From contig NC_134026.1 of the NCBI RefSeq assembly GCF_964204645.1, positions 16,278,150 to 16,342,149 of the forward strand: a stretch of DNA of 64,000 nucleotides, given 5' to 3'. This DNA is from Tubulanus polymorphus (taxonomy: Eukaryota > Animalia > Nemertea). The notes beneath the pieces were generated by a model. That model did no database searches. It was not told the origin of the DNA and saw only the letters and a list, made by a program, of their open reading frames with translations. Positions 36,215 to 49,729 of this stretch are shown piece by piece. The number at the start of each line of letters is the position of its first letter. Position 1 is the first letter of the stretch. A program made the translations under genes and the position numbers.

Positions 36215-39200
36215 AGTAATTAGAAAATCAGGGTTTCAGATCAGAGTACGAGAGTACGACTCACCACCACTTTTGATTTGGTTTCCTTGTAAATGAGAGA
36301 CAGAAAAGCATTCTTAGCGACAATAAATAACAAAATAAAACCAGCAAAAAAAACTATTTGAAATAAGAAAATTAGTTGATGTTACACAAGAAATTGAGCA
36401 TAAAATATGAAATTCAGAAAAAAGAAAAACTAAACATGGTGAAAAAGAATCGGCAAATTAAAAAATAACAAGAAAATTTACTTTAATAGATTATTTGACG
36501 CCTGCGAAAAAATGTAGAATTTCTGGTATAAGCTAATGTGGAATTGCAAATTTGAAATCGAAGTTTTTAAGAAATTTCGGGAATTATGAGATTTGGCGAT
36601 AGGGTAGATGATACAGTCTTCGACTGGTCTAATTAAAAAAAAAATGTCAACTTGTGACTTCGATTCACTTTTGCCTCTAAGCTGGTCTGCAACTTCATTG
36701 CCTCCATGGTTGAAGAAAGAGCTCTTCTGATGTCTGCTTCATCATGACTTTGAGCATATCGTGTAGCCAGCCAGCCCGGTCCTGGGGCCCGGTCTGGCTG
36801 TCACTTGATATCCTAGACTTGAGTCTGGGTTGAAGTAGACATTGTCATTCAAATAACTTATTCATGTTATTCTGTATGAATAACCCGCGTGTCTTGTATT
36901 TTCTTATTTTAAGATTTGTAGATTTATTGATTTTTGGATTTTTATCCCGGAATTTGAATGTAATAAGGATCAATAAAGTATTGAATTTAATTGTCACCTT
37001 ATACACGTGCCATCAGTGGACGCGGAGCCGTATATGACAGCTATGCTATTATAAATTGCTAATCTCATGAAACCTGCATACGTCTAATATCGAACATATT
37101 TTCTAAAACATTTGAATATTGAAATTATATGTTTACACCTTTTTTTACATAGACCGCTTGTAGCCGCCGATGAAATTCACGCCGGCCCAACTCAGATCGT
37201 AGATTGCTTCGTCATTCCACTAGCATCCCCATGTCAGGGTCTGACTTTTATATCAGACTTCCAAATCGTGTATACATTCGCCATTTAACCGAATAATCCG
37301 ATTTACTTATAATTTCTATTTATCCCTGCCGCTCCTGATAAAATCATACATCGTTTACTATTACAATACGTCTTCTCATGATATTCGATGCGATATAACA
37401 TTTCGGCGTTCAAATAGAGGTCATTATATAATCCCAGGGAGCCATTCTACATCGTTATCAATAATATTTTGCCAAATAGCTTGTATGTGTACACATAAAC
37501 CTGTGACGTTTTGCACATCGATTTACGGTTGTCGTTTGTAAAATGACGCTGAATGGTTATCATTGTTTAGGTTTTTTAATGGTAACGTTTTATAAGGCGT
37601 CAAAAAATAAGTTTAAAAACTTTAAAAAAATAATTCTTTTGCTTTTTTCCAAAAATAATCGAACTTTTTATAATGAAAGCGTTAATAAAATAATGACATT
37701 TTGAAATATGAAAAGTGTGAGTAAAGTGTGAGTAAAAGTAATTTAGATTTTTCAATAATAAAAGTGTGAGTAATGTATGAGAAGAATAATTTAGATTTTA
37801 AGATATTTAAAAGTGTGAGTTAAGTGCTCAATATTAAAAGTGTGAGTAAAATAATTTAGATTTTTAATTCTAAAAACGTTAGTAAAGTACGAGTAAAAAT
37901 AATTTAGATTTTAAGATATAAATAATCTAGAAAATTCATTTTATCAAAATTTTTGTTATACAAATGAAAGAAGAAATCGAATTTAAGATTGAAATAAAAG
38001 AATCTAATGAATTATGTTCACTATTTAACATAAAATTATGTTCACTATTTAACATAAAATTAAAATTATATCTCAGCAAAAAGATCTAGTGTATGGAAGA
38101 CAATATAAAATTGATAATATTACTGTAATTAATCAACTAATAGATACTTTAGATAATGGCACCAAAAATATTTAATACAGTTTTAAATTATAGAGGTAAT
38201 ATAGATGAAAATATAATAAATATTCCTATAATTCCTTTTAATGAAAGAAAAAGTGATATAATACTGAAAATGTAATGATTTGATTAACTTGAGAATTGAA
38301 AAACGACAGTTATATTATTTCAATTTTGATAATAAACAAACTATTTATAATGAAAAATTATGGTGGCTGATAAGGGCCATGAAAATATATCCTGACGATA
38401 AATAATTTCGTCATGAAAAATAAATTTCCATCGAAGACTATTTCGCAAGTCAAAATGATTTCATCAAAAATAATTTTCCATCGAAAAATATTTCGTGAGT
38501 GAAAATAATTTCGTTATGAAAAAAAATTTTCGATCGAAAAATATTTCGTAAATGAAAATAATTTCGTCATGAAAAATAAATTTCCATCGATAAATATTCG
38601 TGAGTGAAAATAATTTCGGTGTGAAAAGTAAATCGTCTTTAAAATATATTTTGTGAGTAAAAATATTTCCATCAAAAATATTTTCCTATGTCTAAACATA
38701 TCTTTGCTGTAAAAATGATTTCGGGTTTCCCGATTTCACGCAGCAGGTTTGTACCGTCGTAGTGTGTATGTAGTGCATTGAACGGGACATCAAGTAAAAG
38801 ATGTCTTAGTTTTCGATCCTACGGCTACAGCAATTTGTATCCGTTACTTTGGCCCTTTTTAATGATCTGCGGAGTCGATTACCAAAAATGGTTATTTCTA
38901 GATGAACCGGAGGAATCAAGATCAAGAGCCCTAATTTTGTTTTGACTGAATTTTTGATATTTTTGGCCCTAATTTCGGTTCACATGGACCCGATGACAGC
39001 ACCACCTTCCCACCCTTCCTAACGTTAGGTCACAAGGATTCGTCACGACATTTTCGGATCAAACCAAACCAAGTACCCTGATCCATGTGTACATGAGAGC
39101 CATGCGGTATGCCCCGTGAAGTTCAAGTGTGTTATGCACACAGTGATACTTATACTTAGGGCTAGTAGCATAGATGAAATAAGATCAGGTGAGACAGTTC

Positions 39201-40058
39201 AATCGACAAGCGCGCGCGCACGCGTGCACTAGCGGAAAACCCCACAATTATTTCTTACACTCCAAAAATATTTTAGCCATCGGAATATATTTTGAAGGAA
39301 GGCGATTTACTTTCATAGCGGAATTATTTTTACTCTCCCACACGCATATATTTTTAAGGCGATAATTTTCATAAGAAAATTATTTTCGCTTACGAATATT
39401 TTTTGATGGAAATTTATTTTTCACAGCAGAATTATTTTTGCTCCCGAAATATTTTTTGATGGAAATTTATTTTTATGACGAAATTATTTTCACTAGCGAA
39501 TATTTTTAGATAGAAATTTATTTTTCATGACGAAATTATTTTTTATCAAATATTGAAATTCAATGTGACTTAGAAAATAATAAATCTTTTACTCATACTT
39601 TTAATAGTTTAAAATCTAAATCATTTTTCTCACACTTTACTCACACTTTTAATATCTTGAAATCTAAATTATTCTAATCATACTTTACTCACACTTTCAT
39701 ATTCCAAAGTTTTGTTATCTTATTAACGCTTTTATATTAAAAAGGTTGATCATTTTTGGAAAAAAGCAAAAAAAGGATTATTTTTTTTAAATTTTAAAAC
39801 TTATATTTATCTTTTAATTTGCCGATATTTATTCACCATATTTAGTTTTTATTTTTTCTAATTTTAATATTATATGCTCAATTGCTTGTGTAACATCAAC
39901 TAATTTTTTATTTCAAATAGTTTTTTGCTGGTTATTTTTTTGTTATTTATCGTCGCTTAAGATGCTTTTCTGTCTCCCATTTATACGGAAACCAAATTAA
40001 AAGTGTTGGCGAGTCGTACTGTCGTACTCTGATCTGAAACCCTGATTTTATAATTACT
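36215..40058. mobile_element. Non-autonomous Polinton-type element with long TIRs
   Basis: AGTAATT...AATTACT ends; flanks ATTTCT / ATTACT (6-bp TSD, 1 mismatch); left arm 36215-36475 plus 37606-37920 mirrors 39575-40058. Confidence 0.72.
38359..39550 (+). mobile_element. IS3EU-like non-autonomous element with AT-rich subterminal repeats; right TIR lost
   Basis: Starts TATGGTGGCTGATAAGGGCCATG; AATAATTTCGTCATGAAAAATAAATTTCCATC repeats at 38400-38690 are mirrored at 39250-39545. Confidence 0.65.
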
Positions 40059-40249
40059 ATTACTAATACAATGTATAATTGTTCCTTCTCGATAATATTC
40101 AAATAGAAAATTAGTAAATATACACCAGAATCACGGATACGATGATTCGTCAGTGAGCCAATGAGAGTGATTAATTAACGTCATTTATAATTCAGTTTCA
40201 GTTTAATGCTCCACAATTATTACATAATGCACAGAGCACAGAGAAGTTT

Positions 40250-41350
40250 ACAAAATAATAACAACAACAACAACAACAACAACAGCAACAAAATACACTA
40301 TTAATACATAAAAAGATACAAGATGGAATATCATGGATTTAAACATATGATAATAAACCCTTTTAAACAAATATTGCTAAATTACTCAAGGCTTTACCTT
40401 TAGAATTTAAAAGGCGTGCGAATTGGCCTGGTAATTTCCAAAAACGAGGGAGGGTGGATGTTTTTTAGACGTCAATCCGAGAAATATGTACAATCTAATA
40501 GAAAATGTTTCTCGTCACCAACAACATTAGCTTGGCATTTGACGCAGTATCGATTTTGCCTGGCAATACCCTCGTATATACCTAACTGTAATGGCAATTT
40601 ATGATTAGACCATCTAAATCTGCACAAGGCAATTCTCAAATCTTGTGGCAAGCTATTAAGGTAATTTTCGTAGCCTCAATCTACTTTAATAAATTTGTAT
40701 GTAGAGGCACCCAGACTTTCTCTAACTTTACCCTGCCAATTTTGGATATATTGATCTCTAATCCTTTGTTGTATAAACGTTTTTGAACAAATTTACATTT
40801 ACTACTGACTGGTAAATCCAAAAATAACCTAGGTCATTAGCTTGAAACAAATTCTGTATATACATAATCCACTGATTTGAGTTACCTCTCAAATGTGATC
40901 TATATAAATAGCGATACATCATAGACGACATAGTATTTTCATCATTCAATAGTTTTGCCCTAAGGTTAAGCATACGTATCTTAATAGTAACCTCAAGGGG
41001 AAAACGACCCAGTTCCCCATATACAATTATACTGGGGGTCGATCTTCTCAACTTCAAAAGATAGTTACAAAAAGAGAAATGCACCTTTTCCAATATCCTT
41101 AGATTTTCGTACCTCATACTTCAGAACCAAATGATAAAACAGATATGACCATTGAATCAAATAAATTTAGGGCAACATCTATATCTACTGAATGCTCCTG
41201 TACTTTCTTAAGAACAAATACAGAGGCTTGCGTGGCTTGCTCAGACAAACTCTTGCGACATTTGGCAAATGTCCCATTATGGGCAAACAGGATGCCGAGG
41301 TACTTAAATCTATCGACAATTTCAATTACAATTTCATTCATAGCAGCACC
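40250..41350 (-). mobile_element. 3' part of a non-LTR retrotransposon (RTE-X-like ORF2 C-terminus)
   Basis: FKYLGILF, LFDSMVISVLSFGSEV, VYGELGRFPL, SNHKLP...CVKC...GDEKHFLLDC; (TTG)n on the minus strand at about 40260-40290. Confidence 0.8.
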
Positions 41351-42044
41351 TCTGCGAAGCTCGTTTTAGAATGAAAGAGGAAATATTGGACGTAAAGCGT
41401 GGAATCTCTTTCATACGACACTACCTACGAAACTTGCGGTAAAACAATGAATTTCGAATGTAAAAAATCAGTTAAATGCGGACACAGTAATACGAAGAAA
41501 TCGTTAGGACGAGGAGAATCGTCAGTCAATATGTCTCATTTCCCTAATAAATCAATGTCGGTACCTCAATGCTGGCGTTGTCACTTGGGGCGTGACGATG
41601 TAATCCGATAGATATTGCCGTAGTCACCTGACAGGTCATACTTGACCTAGGGGATGCTCCAGCTAAACGGTTTGGGAACTATTTTTATTGATAATGAATT
41701 CTTCATCGGCAAAAATTCTTTGTTTATATTTTATCATTTTAGTCAATTTATATGCATTTCTAGTGAACAAAGACCAATAAAACTAATATCTGTTCTATCT
41801 ATAATTATCTATAAGCTAGTTGTAAGAGCTACCAGAATATGTTTGGTATACATAGTTTAAATATCCGAGTAACCGATATATAACTCAGATCTCGATGTCA
41901 GATTTAGGTCGTGTTTTTGTTTAAATGTCCTAATTTGTCAATGATAAAAAACATTGTATGCACTTTCTATGAGAAGTAAAGCATTTAAACGACTGTAAGA
42001 CATCCCTAGAGCATACTGACGTTTTGAGCAGCCAGGTTTTGTCA

Positions 42045-43235
42045 ATTTCAATTCATTTCATAAGAAGGCATGTTATAAGAATGTTTACAAACAGAACAAA
42101 AATAAAATTGAAAAGGCTGTCTTATGCGGGCCAAGCAAAGACCAAAAGGCCGCTATAGCAAGCACCCTTGAAAAGGAGAAAGAGAGAGAAAAAAAAAGCA
42201 AGAAAAGACAATGAAAGACAATGGAAAAATTATGAGGTTGAGATAAGCGAAGGGAGTGATTTAGGAACAATTATACCAGTTTGGGTTATCGCAAAGATGG
42301 GAGTTAGAATTTAGCTGGAGGTGAGAATGATATTTTATTTTGCGTCTGAGAAAATATCTACTGGTTGAAAATGAATTGCTTGGATGTTGTAGATTTCGCC
42401 AAATTCTTCGAAATACTAGATTGAGAGTCGATGTCAGGTAAAGTTTGTTTTGATAGCGATGAATAAGTGTGATCAAGCTGGATGTGTTTTGTGAAGATGA
42501 AAGCGTACATGTAGATAGTTTGTCGAGGGCAAAAAGAGATGAAGAATATTGTGGCGATGACATCATAGTTTGCTGGATGAAAAGAACGGGTTTTAGAGTC
42601 ATCGCACCATTTATTTTTAGGATATTTAGTTTTTCTTTTGAAAAGTGGATCAGTGAGGCCTGTGTAATTCGATGTTCTGATGATTCTAATGATTTTCTAT
42701 CGAAGAAGAACAGTTTTCGTTGTTTAAGTTTGAAGAGTGTCCCCAGGTTAGTAAACGATAGTTCAGGTGTGGGTAGATGAGGGTATGATAAAGTGTTAAG
42801 AGGGATTGTATGTCAAGGGTATGTTTTGATTAATTCATAATACATATTATTTGTAATACTTTCCTGTGTGTTTTATTAATATGCGTTGTCCAGTAGAGAT
42901 TTTCGTGAATGGTAAAGCCAAGAAAATTTATTTCAGAAACACACTCTAGTAGGGAATTTAAGAAAGGATTACGTTGGTTAATGATGGTAGATTATGTATT
43001 TTGTTTTGTCGAGATTTGGAGTTAGTTTATTGGCTAATAGCCAATCACAAAGAAAATTGAGGCCAGAATCGATGTTTTTACTGGAGTTTTTAAATTTTTG
43101 TGAGATGCTAAGCAGTTATTATCATCTGCAAATAGTATATAATCTAAGTGATTAGAGTATCTGTGAATATCATTTACGTAGATTAAAGAGATGAGAGGGC
43201 CGAGAATCGAGCCTTGGGGGACACCTAGTATGATA
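42045..43235 (-). mobile_element. Degenerate non-LTR retrotransposon (CR1/L2-group RT 3' part)
   Basis: LGVPQGSILGPLISLIYVND, ILFADD, WLLANKL, FLGFTIHENLYW. Confidence 0.8.
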
Positions 43236-44143
43236 GAGAAGGGTGGAGGTCTGGCTTGTTTGGCATCTAGTGGAAATAATGTTCGTAGGTCACCTGGCAG
43301 GTGACTGCGCCGATATCTATCGGATAACATTGTCACGCCAGTGAAAGGGTTTAAAACGATTGCTAATCGAGTGTTACTGCTAGGTAGGATGAGATGGAGA
43401 TGGTGGTTGGATGGAGCTATGTCAAAGGAGTGTACCCTTTGGAGCATAACATCCTAAACCGATAGGGAGAGAAGGAACATCAAGATCTCGTATCTTGTCC
43501 GCTGAGATCAACGTATCAAGTATTACCGAAAAGGGGTTACTACAAAATGGTTCCTTTACGTAACCATTGACTACGACCGTGAGTAGCTACATTAAGAAAC
43601 TGTGTGCTTACGAAGTGGCAATGGCAATAAAACCGGCGTGCATATCGAAGTCGAGGGCGCTTCCCTTCTGACGCGCACATTCCTAAATGCGCTTGACTAG
43701 AAATGGTTGCGCTGCGAGACATCATCAACAGAGAGCGTGGAAATCGATACTAACTGTAGAATAAAATATATGTGTTTATGGAATAGTAATTCCACCAGTC
43801 GTTTCTTTGAATTGATTTTCAGTTTGAGGATTTATTATCAAGAATCCGAAATGACTTATCTGGACAGTTATAGTTACTGCTCCTAATAGATAAACAATAG
43901 TAGTGAGATAATCTAAATCCTAATTTAAATAGAATATATTAAAAATTACATACCTTCAACTAGCCATTATTTCTATTATATTTTTTTTCAAAAATCTATT
44001 ATTTCTTTTCAAAAAGAGAATACTTTATATTTTGATAAGATTCGAATAGAAGTTGTTTAACTTAACTAAGCTAGTATTTGAAATTCTTTAACTTAACTAG
44101 CTAGTATTAAAATATTATATTTTTCTTGCTTTTTCTCTCTAAT

Positions 44144-44643
44144 ATGAAAAGAAATCTAATAAGAATAGTATTACTAATGAATACTACTTATATTGTAAGC
44201 ACCATCTTGAATTACTAATTGCCGGCGGGAAATCTAAAGAATTCTTAAATAGAATTTTAACTTTTCAGTAATAAGTAATAAAATATTTTAAGATTTATGA
44301 AGAGTCAAGATTAGCTAGAATAAATTATTCTATTTCTGATGGTATTGTCAAATGTTATTCAAAATTATGTAACCGGTTAATGTCAATTAATGATGAAAAT
44401 GAATTATATAGTGATTTGAAAAATGACTACTTAGTTATGACTGAATTACAAAAATGGGTTGGATATGCTTCATTCCAATTAGGATCGGTTATGACATTAA
44501 TTTCTACTGGTGTCATAACATTTTCTAACATTAAACCTATAGTATGTAAAGATAAAAGTAAATCAGAAGATGGTGCCATACGGCACCCACACTGTGATAT
44601 TGATTGGTCAGAACAAAAATTAACTAAAATAAATGAGTTATGA
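44144..44643 (+). pseudogene. Conserved uncharacterised Polinton ORF, disrupted
   Basis: EYYLYCKHHLELLIAGGKSKEF matches the open copy at 63765; deletions and stops lie upstream of ORF 44380-44643. Confidence 0.65.
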
Positions 44644-44899
44644 TATTAAGAAAAAGACTAGATCCGAGAAACAAATTAAATGGGCAAGGGAATTAGGTAA
44701 AAGATCTGCAGAATTAAAAATGCTAAGAAAAAGAAATTAACTTATATGAATGAATCACAGAAATTATCTGATATTGATTCGAATGATAATCCATCTGATT
44801 CTTCTAATAGTGGAAGGAATAATTACTTATATATTACAATTGGGATAATCACAATTATTATATTCTCCGGTGTAATATATAAATCTAAATATAATAACA

Positions 44900-45811
44900 A
44901 TGGATAAAACTTATTTAACAAGAAAAGTTATGGTTTCATATATTGATCAACAATGGCAAGCAGATTTAATTGACATGAAGAACTTAGAAGAACACAACAA
45001 AGGATATTTCTGGATATTAAATGTTATAGACATATTCAGTAGATACGCATGGTCAATTCCAATCAAAAATAAAACTGGTATAGAAATTACAAATGCTTTT
45101 CAGAATAAATTTAAAGAAGCTATTCCAGGTAAGATACAATTTGATGAAGTTAAGGAATTCTATAATAAACATCTTAAAAAACTATTTTCTGATAACGATG
45201 TAGAATATTTTTCAACACATTCAGATAAAAAAGCATCTATTATAGAAAGATTTAATAAAACATTAAAAACTAGAATGTGGAAATATTTTACTGCTAATGA
45301 AACATATAAATATATCGATGTGTTAGATGATTTAGTGAAAGGTTATAATAATTCTAAACATTTAAGTATTGGTATGAAACCTATACAAGCTAGAAAAGAA
45401 GATAATTCAGAAATAGTTTGGAATAACTTATATGGAGCGTTTGTTACACATGATTTCGGAGAACCTAAATTTAAAATAGGACAACACGTAAGAATATCTA
45501 AATATCGAAAAACCTTTTATAAAGGTTATACCCCAAATTTTACAGAAGAAATATTCAAGATTAAAAAGATAATATTAACTAAACCTTTTGTTTATAAATT
45601 AGAAGATTTAAAAGATGAAGAAATATTAGGTGATTTCTTTGAACAAGAATTATCACTTGTACCAGATGAAAACCCAGATGAAATAGAATACAAAACAGAA
45701 AACTATTGAAAACAAAAACTCTTAAAGGAAAAACGTATTCTTTGGTGAAATATAAAGGGTACGATGGTAAATTTAATGAATGGATTTTATCTAGTAAAAT
45801 TAAAAGAATAA
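44900..45811 (+). pseudogene. Retroviral-like (rve) integrase with C-terminal chromodomain; N-terminus apparently missing, frameshift at about 45700
   Basis: DDE motifs WQADLID, IQFDEVKEF, IIERFNKTLK; KGYTPNFTEEIF; chromodomain-like SLVKYKGYDGKFNEWI in the shifted frame. Confidence 0.9.
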
Positions 45812-46423
45812 ATGAATAAAGATTTATTTATATTTGAACCACATAATATGTTAGTTACTAGTGTAACCAACTGTGGTAAAAAACATTTCATATTAGATTT
45901 ATTAGAAACGATTTATAAGAATCATTTTGATAATATAATATTATTCTGCCCCACTTTTGAAATGAATAAAACATATAATAGAGATATAGTTAAGATAAAA
46001 AAGTTTATCACATTAGATCCTAAAACAGTAAAAGAAAATTTAGATAATTGTATTAAAATAGCAATTGATATTTATAAAGGATCAAATACATTATTCATTA
46101 TAGATGATTGTGCAAATTTACATGATTCAAAAGTGAGAGAAAGTGAGTTATGTTATTTAGCTTTCTCGGGGAGGCATTTTGGGATAACGACATGGGTTTT
46201 AAATCAAAAATATAATTCAATTGTTAAAGACTTTAGGGAGAATATAAGATTTTTAGTTTTATTTTATAACAAAGATAGAAAATCTATGCAACAATCATTG
46301 CCAGAAAATCAAATTATACCTACTGAATTACATGATGAATATATGAATAGATTAAAGAATAATAAAGGTTCAAAATTATTACTTAGACTACAATTTCCTT
46401 ATGAATATAAATTTATAAAATAA
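45812..46423 (+). CDS. Packaging ATPase; full-length frame but Walker A altered
   Basis: SVTNCGKK versus GVTNCGKT in the two other copies; FIIDD and SGRH present. Confidence 0.85.
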   Translation: MNKDLFIFEPHNMLVTSVTNCGKKHFILDLLETIYKNHFDNIILFCPTFEMNKTYNRDIVKIKKFITLDPKTVKENLDNCIKIAIDIYKGSNTLFIIDDCANLHDSKVRESELCYLAFSGRHFGITTWVLNQKYNSIVKDFRENIRFLVLFYNKDRKSMQQSLPENQIIPTELHDEYMNRLKNNKGSKLLLRLQFPYEYKFIK

Positions 46424-46553
46424 GGTATTTTTAGTATTTATGTATTAGATTTCAACTAATATATGAATAAGTTTGAAATTAATAAAGGTTATTTATTATT
46501 ACTGAGGTTTCAATATAAATTTAAAAAAAAAAAATATGATTTTACATATTTTC

Positions 46554-46869
46554 TTATTCGAAATCTGTTTCATGGTGCCCTTTTTCATTCTTACCTTTGT
46601 ATATGAAATAGAAATCACCGGAACATAATTCTTCTAAATCTGTCCTAATATGTTCTGAATCTATATGTATTTCCTTTTAATCCTTCATATTCTAAGTGGA
46701 TAACTAATTTACTACCATATCTATTAGTAACTGTATCAATATTTGTAATTAGATATTTCTTATGAATTATTAATTCTGTTAACTTCCTAAATTTATAATC
46801 TACAGATTTGACGTTTGAAGTATCTTTTATTCTATTTAAGAATTCACAGTGTACTTGTTTACTCTCCAT
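46554..46869 (-). pseudogene. Second copy of the 6265-6618 ORF with an internal deletion and stop
   Basis: Near-identical peptide up to FRTY*, then resumes DLEELCSGDFYFIYKGK. Confidence 0.85.
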
Positions 46870-46929
46870 TTTAATAACATCTTTTTTTATTAAAATAAAT
46901 TTTAGAAGTTATTAGATTAATATTTTAAG

Positions 46930-47076
46930 AGTAATAGGGGTTTAGTTGTTCTAGATTAAAGGTTGAGAGGGCAAGTTCATAAAAAATGAAAAATAAATTT
47001 GAGTGTGCGAGAATATATTTTTTTTATGAACTCGACCTCTCGACCTTTGATCTAGAACAACTAAACCCCTATTACT
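46930..47076. repeat. 147-bp hairpin at the Polinton end (57-bp arms, 4 mismatches)
   Basis: AGTAATAGGGGTTTAGTTGTTCTAGAT...ATCTAGAACAACTAAACCCCTATTACT. Confidence 0.9.
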
Positions 47077-47330
47077 AACTTCTCTTTCAACTGATTTTAT
47101 TTCACCGTCCCAGGTTAGATTTCTGTCAATAAGAACTCCTAGAAAATATGTGACATTAACTTGTTCAATCTCTATGTTATTAATTGATATTCCCAAGTTA
47201 TGTTCCAAGAGATGACTGACTGAACACCATAAATGACGTCTTCTTTACATTTTTAATGACAACTTGTTTGTTTGAAACCAGGTATAGAAATTTGATAATT
47301 CAATGTTCACGGTTTACTGATAAACCAGTC
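47077..47330 (-). mobile_element. LINE RT fragment abutting the Polinton end
   Basis: INNIEIEQVNVTYFLGVLIDRNLTW and upstream WFQTNKLS. Confidence 0.7.
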
Positions 47331-48464
47331 TTCGTTACTGATACTGATTTTAGAAGGACTGCACACGTAGATTCATAATAAAAATATAAAAAGTACCAGC
47401 ACTCGAATCAACAATCGAAATCGGACCGTCAAGTGCTGCCACCATGTGATACCTGACAACCAGTCTTTACATAGTCAGCTGTTGCAAAATGTTTTTTGAT
47501 AATTTTAGGACAATTATATTATAGTGATTGATAGCCTTTGCAGTGAGGTTTTATCGCATCCAACGTAGCGGTAGGATGTCATATTTAAAGGATTACGCGT
47601 GACGATGTATAGTAAGTAAAATATCGCTCATTGAAAGCTTGAAGCGTGAGATTTTCATCGCAAATGAACTAGAACATTAATCGCTCAAATATGGGTACCA
47701 GAAAATCTGGTGGAACAAAATAAATTATATCGTTTTTGATGTATTTGCTTCATCGCCGAAGGAAGCCCTAGTCACAGCCTTAATCCACAGAAAACCTCCT
47801 TACTTTTTGTACCCCTCTCCCAATCATCTGAGATAGTCTAAATAGTCTTGTAGTGTCAGGCATTGGAAGTTTCATTTATCTCCCGTCAATATTATACATC
47901 AGGTTTCACGGTATATTGCATCAATGAGATATGGCCATTGGCAGATACAATTGGTGATTCTGGAGACAGTTGCTAAAAAATAACCATCAGAAATTACATA
48001 GTGTAATGGCGAGCACTCAGTCTTCATTTAAATACCGGTACCCGTCTTCATTTAAATACCGGTACCCGATTTACCCGTACAGGGCCCGTGGGCCTCTTGT
48101 TCAAAAACCTACGTGCCTTTGTTTCCCATGGTTACTTTAAAAAATGATTTTCAACAAAGTAGGGACAGGTAAAATGGTGACATTTCCTGATAACGATGCA
48201 CGCAGAGGACCGTGTTTAGGAAGTTTTACTCACAATTAATCAAAAACTAAAACGAATACTCGAAAAAGGTAAAAAGCATATAAGACCACATATAAATGTC
48301 TGTTGATCTTGAAAATTCGAAAAATGATGATTGAAATTTGTAAGAATTTCGAAATTTTGAATGGGATAAGCAATAATTCAAGTTGAATTATCGGGAAGAC
48401 GATATCAATGTTTATAACTTCACCAGCGCACATTGTTGCATCAGATTTATAAATGAGTGATACC

Positions 48465-49462
48465 TTAGATGATTTAGTGAAAGGTTATAATAATTCTAAA
48501 CATAGTTCTATAAATATGAAACCTATACAAGCTAGAAAAGAAGATAATTCGGAAATAGTTTGGAATAATTTATATGGAGCATTTGTTACACATGATTTCG
48601 GTGAACCTAGATTTAAAATTGGACAGCACGTAAGAATATCTAAATATAGAAAAACATTTTATAAAGGATATACCCCTAATTTTCCTTAAGAAATATTCAA
48701 GATTAAAAAGATGATATTAACTAAACCTTTTGTTTATAAATTATAAGATTTAAAAGATGAAGAAATATTAGGTTATTTCTATGAACAAGAATTATCACTT
48801 GTACCAAATCCAGATGAAATAGAATACAAAATAGAAAAAGTATTGAAAACAAAAACTCTTAAAGGAAAAAAGTATTCTTTGGTGAAATATAAAGGATATG
48901 ATGATAAATTTAATGAATGGATTTTATCTACTAAAATTAAAAGAATAAATGAATAAAGATTTATTTATATTTGAACCGCATAATATGTTAGTTACTGGGG
49001 TAACAAACTGTGGTAAAACACATTTCATATTAGACTTGTTAGAAACTATTTATAAGAATCATTTTGATAATATAATATTATTCTGCCCCACTTATGAAAT
49101 GAATAAAACATATAATAGAGATATAGTTAAAATAAAAAAGTTTATCATATTAGATCCTAAAACAGTAAAAGAAAATTTAGATAATTGTATTAAAATAGCA
49201 ATTGATATTTATAATAGGATCAAATACATAATTCATTATAGATGATTGCGCAAATTTACATGATTCAAAAGTGAGAGAAAGTGAGTTATGTTATCTAGCT
49301 TTCTCTGGGAGACATTTTGGGGTAACAACATGGGTTTTAAATCAAAAATATAATTCAATTGTTAAAGATTTTAGGGTGAATGTAAGATTTCTAGTTTTAT
49401 TTTATAACATAAGATAGAAAATCTATGCAACAATCATTGGAAGAAAATCAAATTATACCTAA
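48465..49462 (+). mobile_element. Polinton fragment 3: integrase 3' half plus truncated, frameshifted ATPase
   Basis: Closely matches 45323-46320; stops at 48687 and about 48744, frameshift at about 49215. Confidence 0.9.
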
Positions 49463-49729
49463 TCGGTGTATAATTCCGATATCAAGTTGGAGCTGTACTG
49501 AACAACAACTTAAAGAGAGGCTGAAACGAGTTTTTAGAAAATATCGACGAGTTGATAAGCTCAAATCTAATTTGTTTTGTTGTTAACCGGAAGTTACTAT
49601 AGCCACCATTTCGTGTGTATTTAATAAATAAATGATACCAATAACTATTTTCAACCAATTTTATTTCTCAAATGATCTTTTAACATCTTTGACAACATAC
49701 TAATATTGGGGTGATAAATTAGTAGTTTG

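Larger units (their letters stand above)
43925..47076. mobile_element. Polinton copy 2, internally deleted (no capsid genes, no pPolB)
   Basis: 43925-44270 matches 63552-63980; carries integrase, ATPase, SSB-like remnant and a 147-bp terminal hairpin. Confidence 0.9.

Noticed and set aside
42045-47330. Single LINE split by Polinton copy 2
   Set aside because: Both LINE pieces contain the same FLG..I..NL.W segment, so they are separate copies; no TSD was found.
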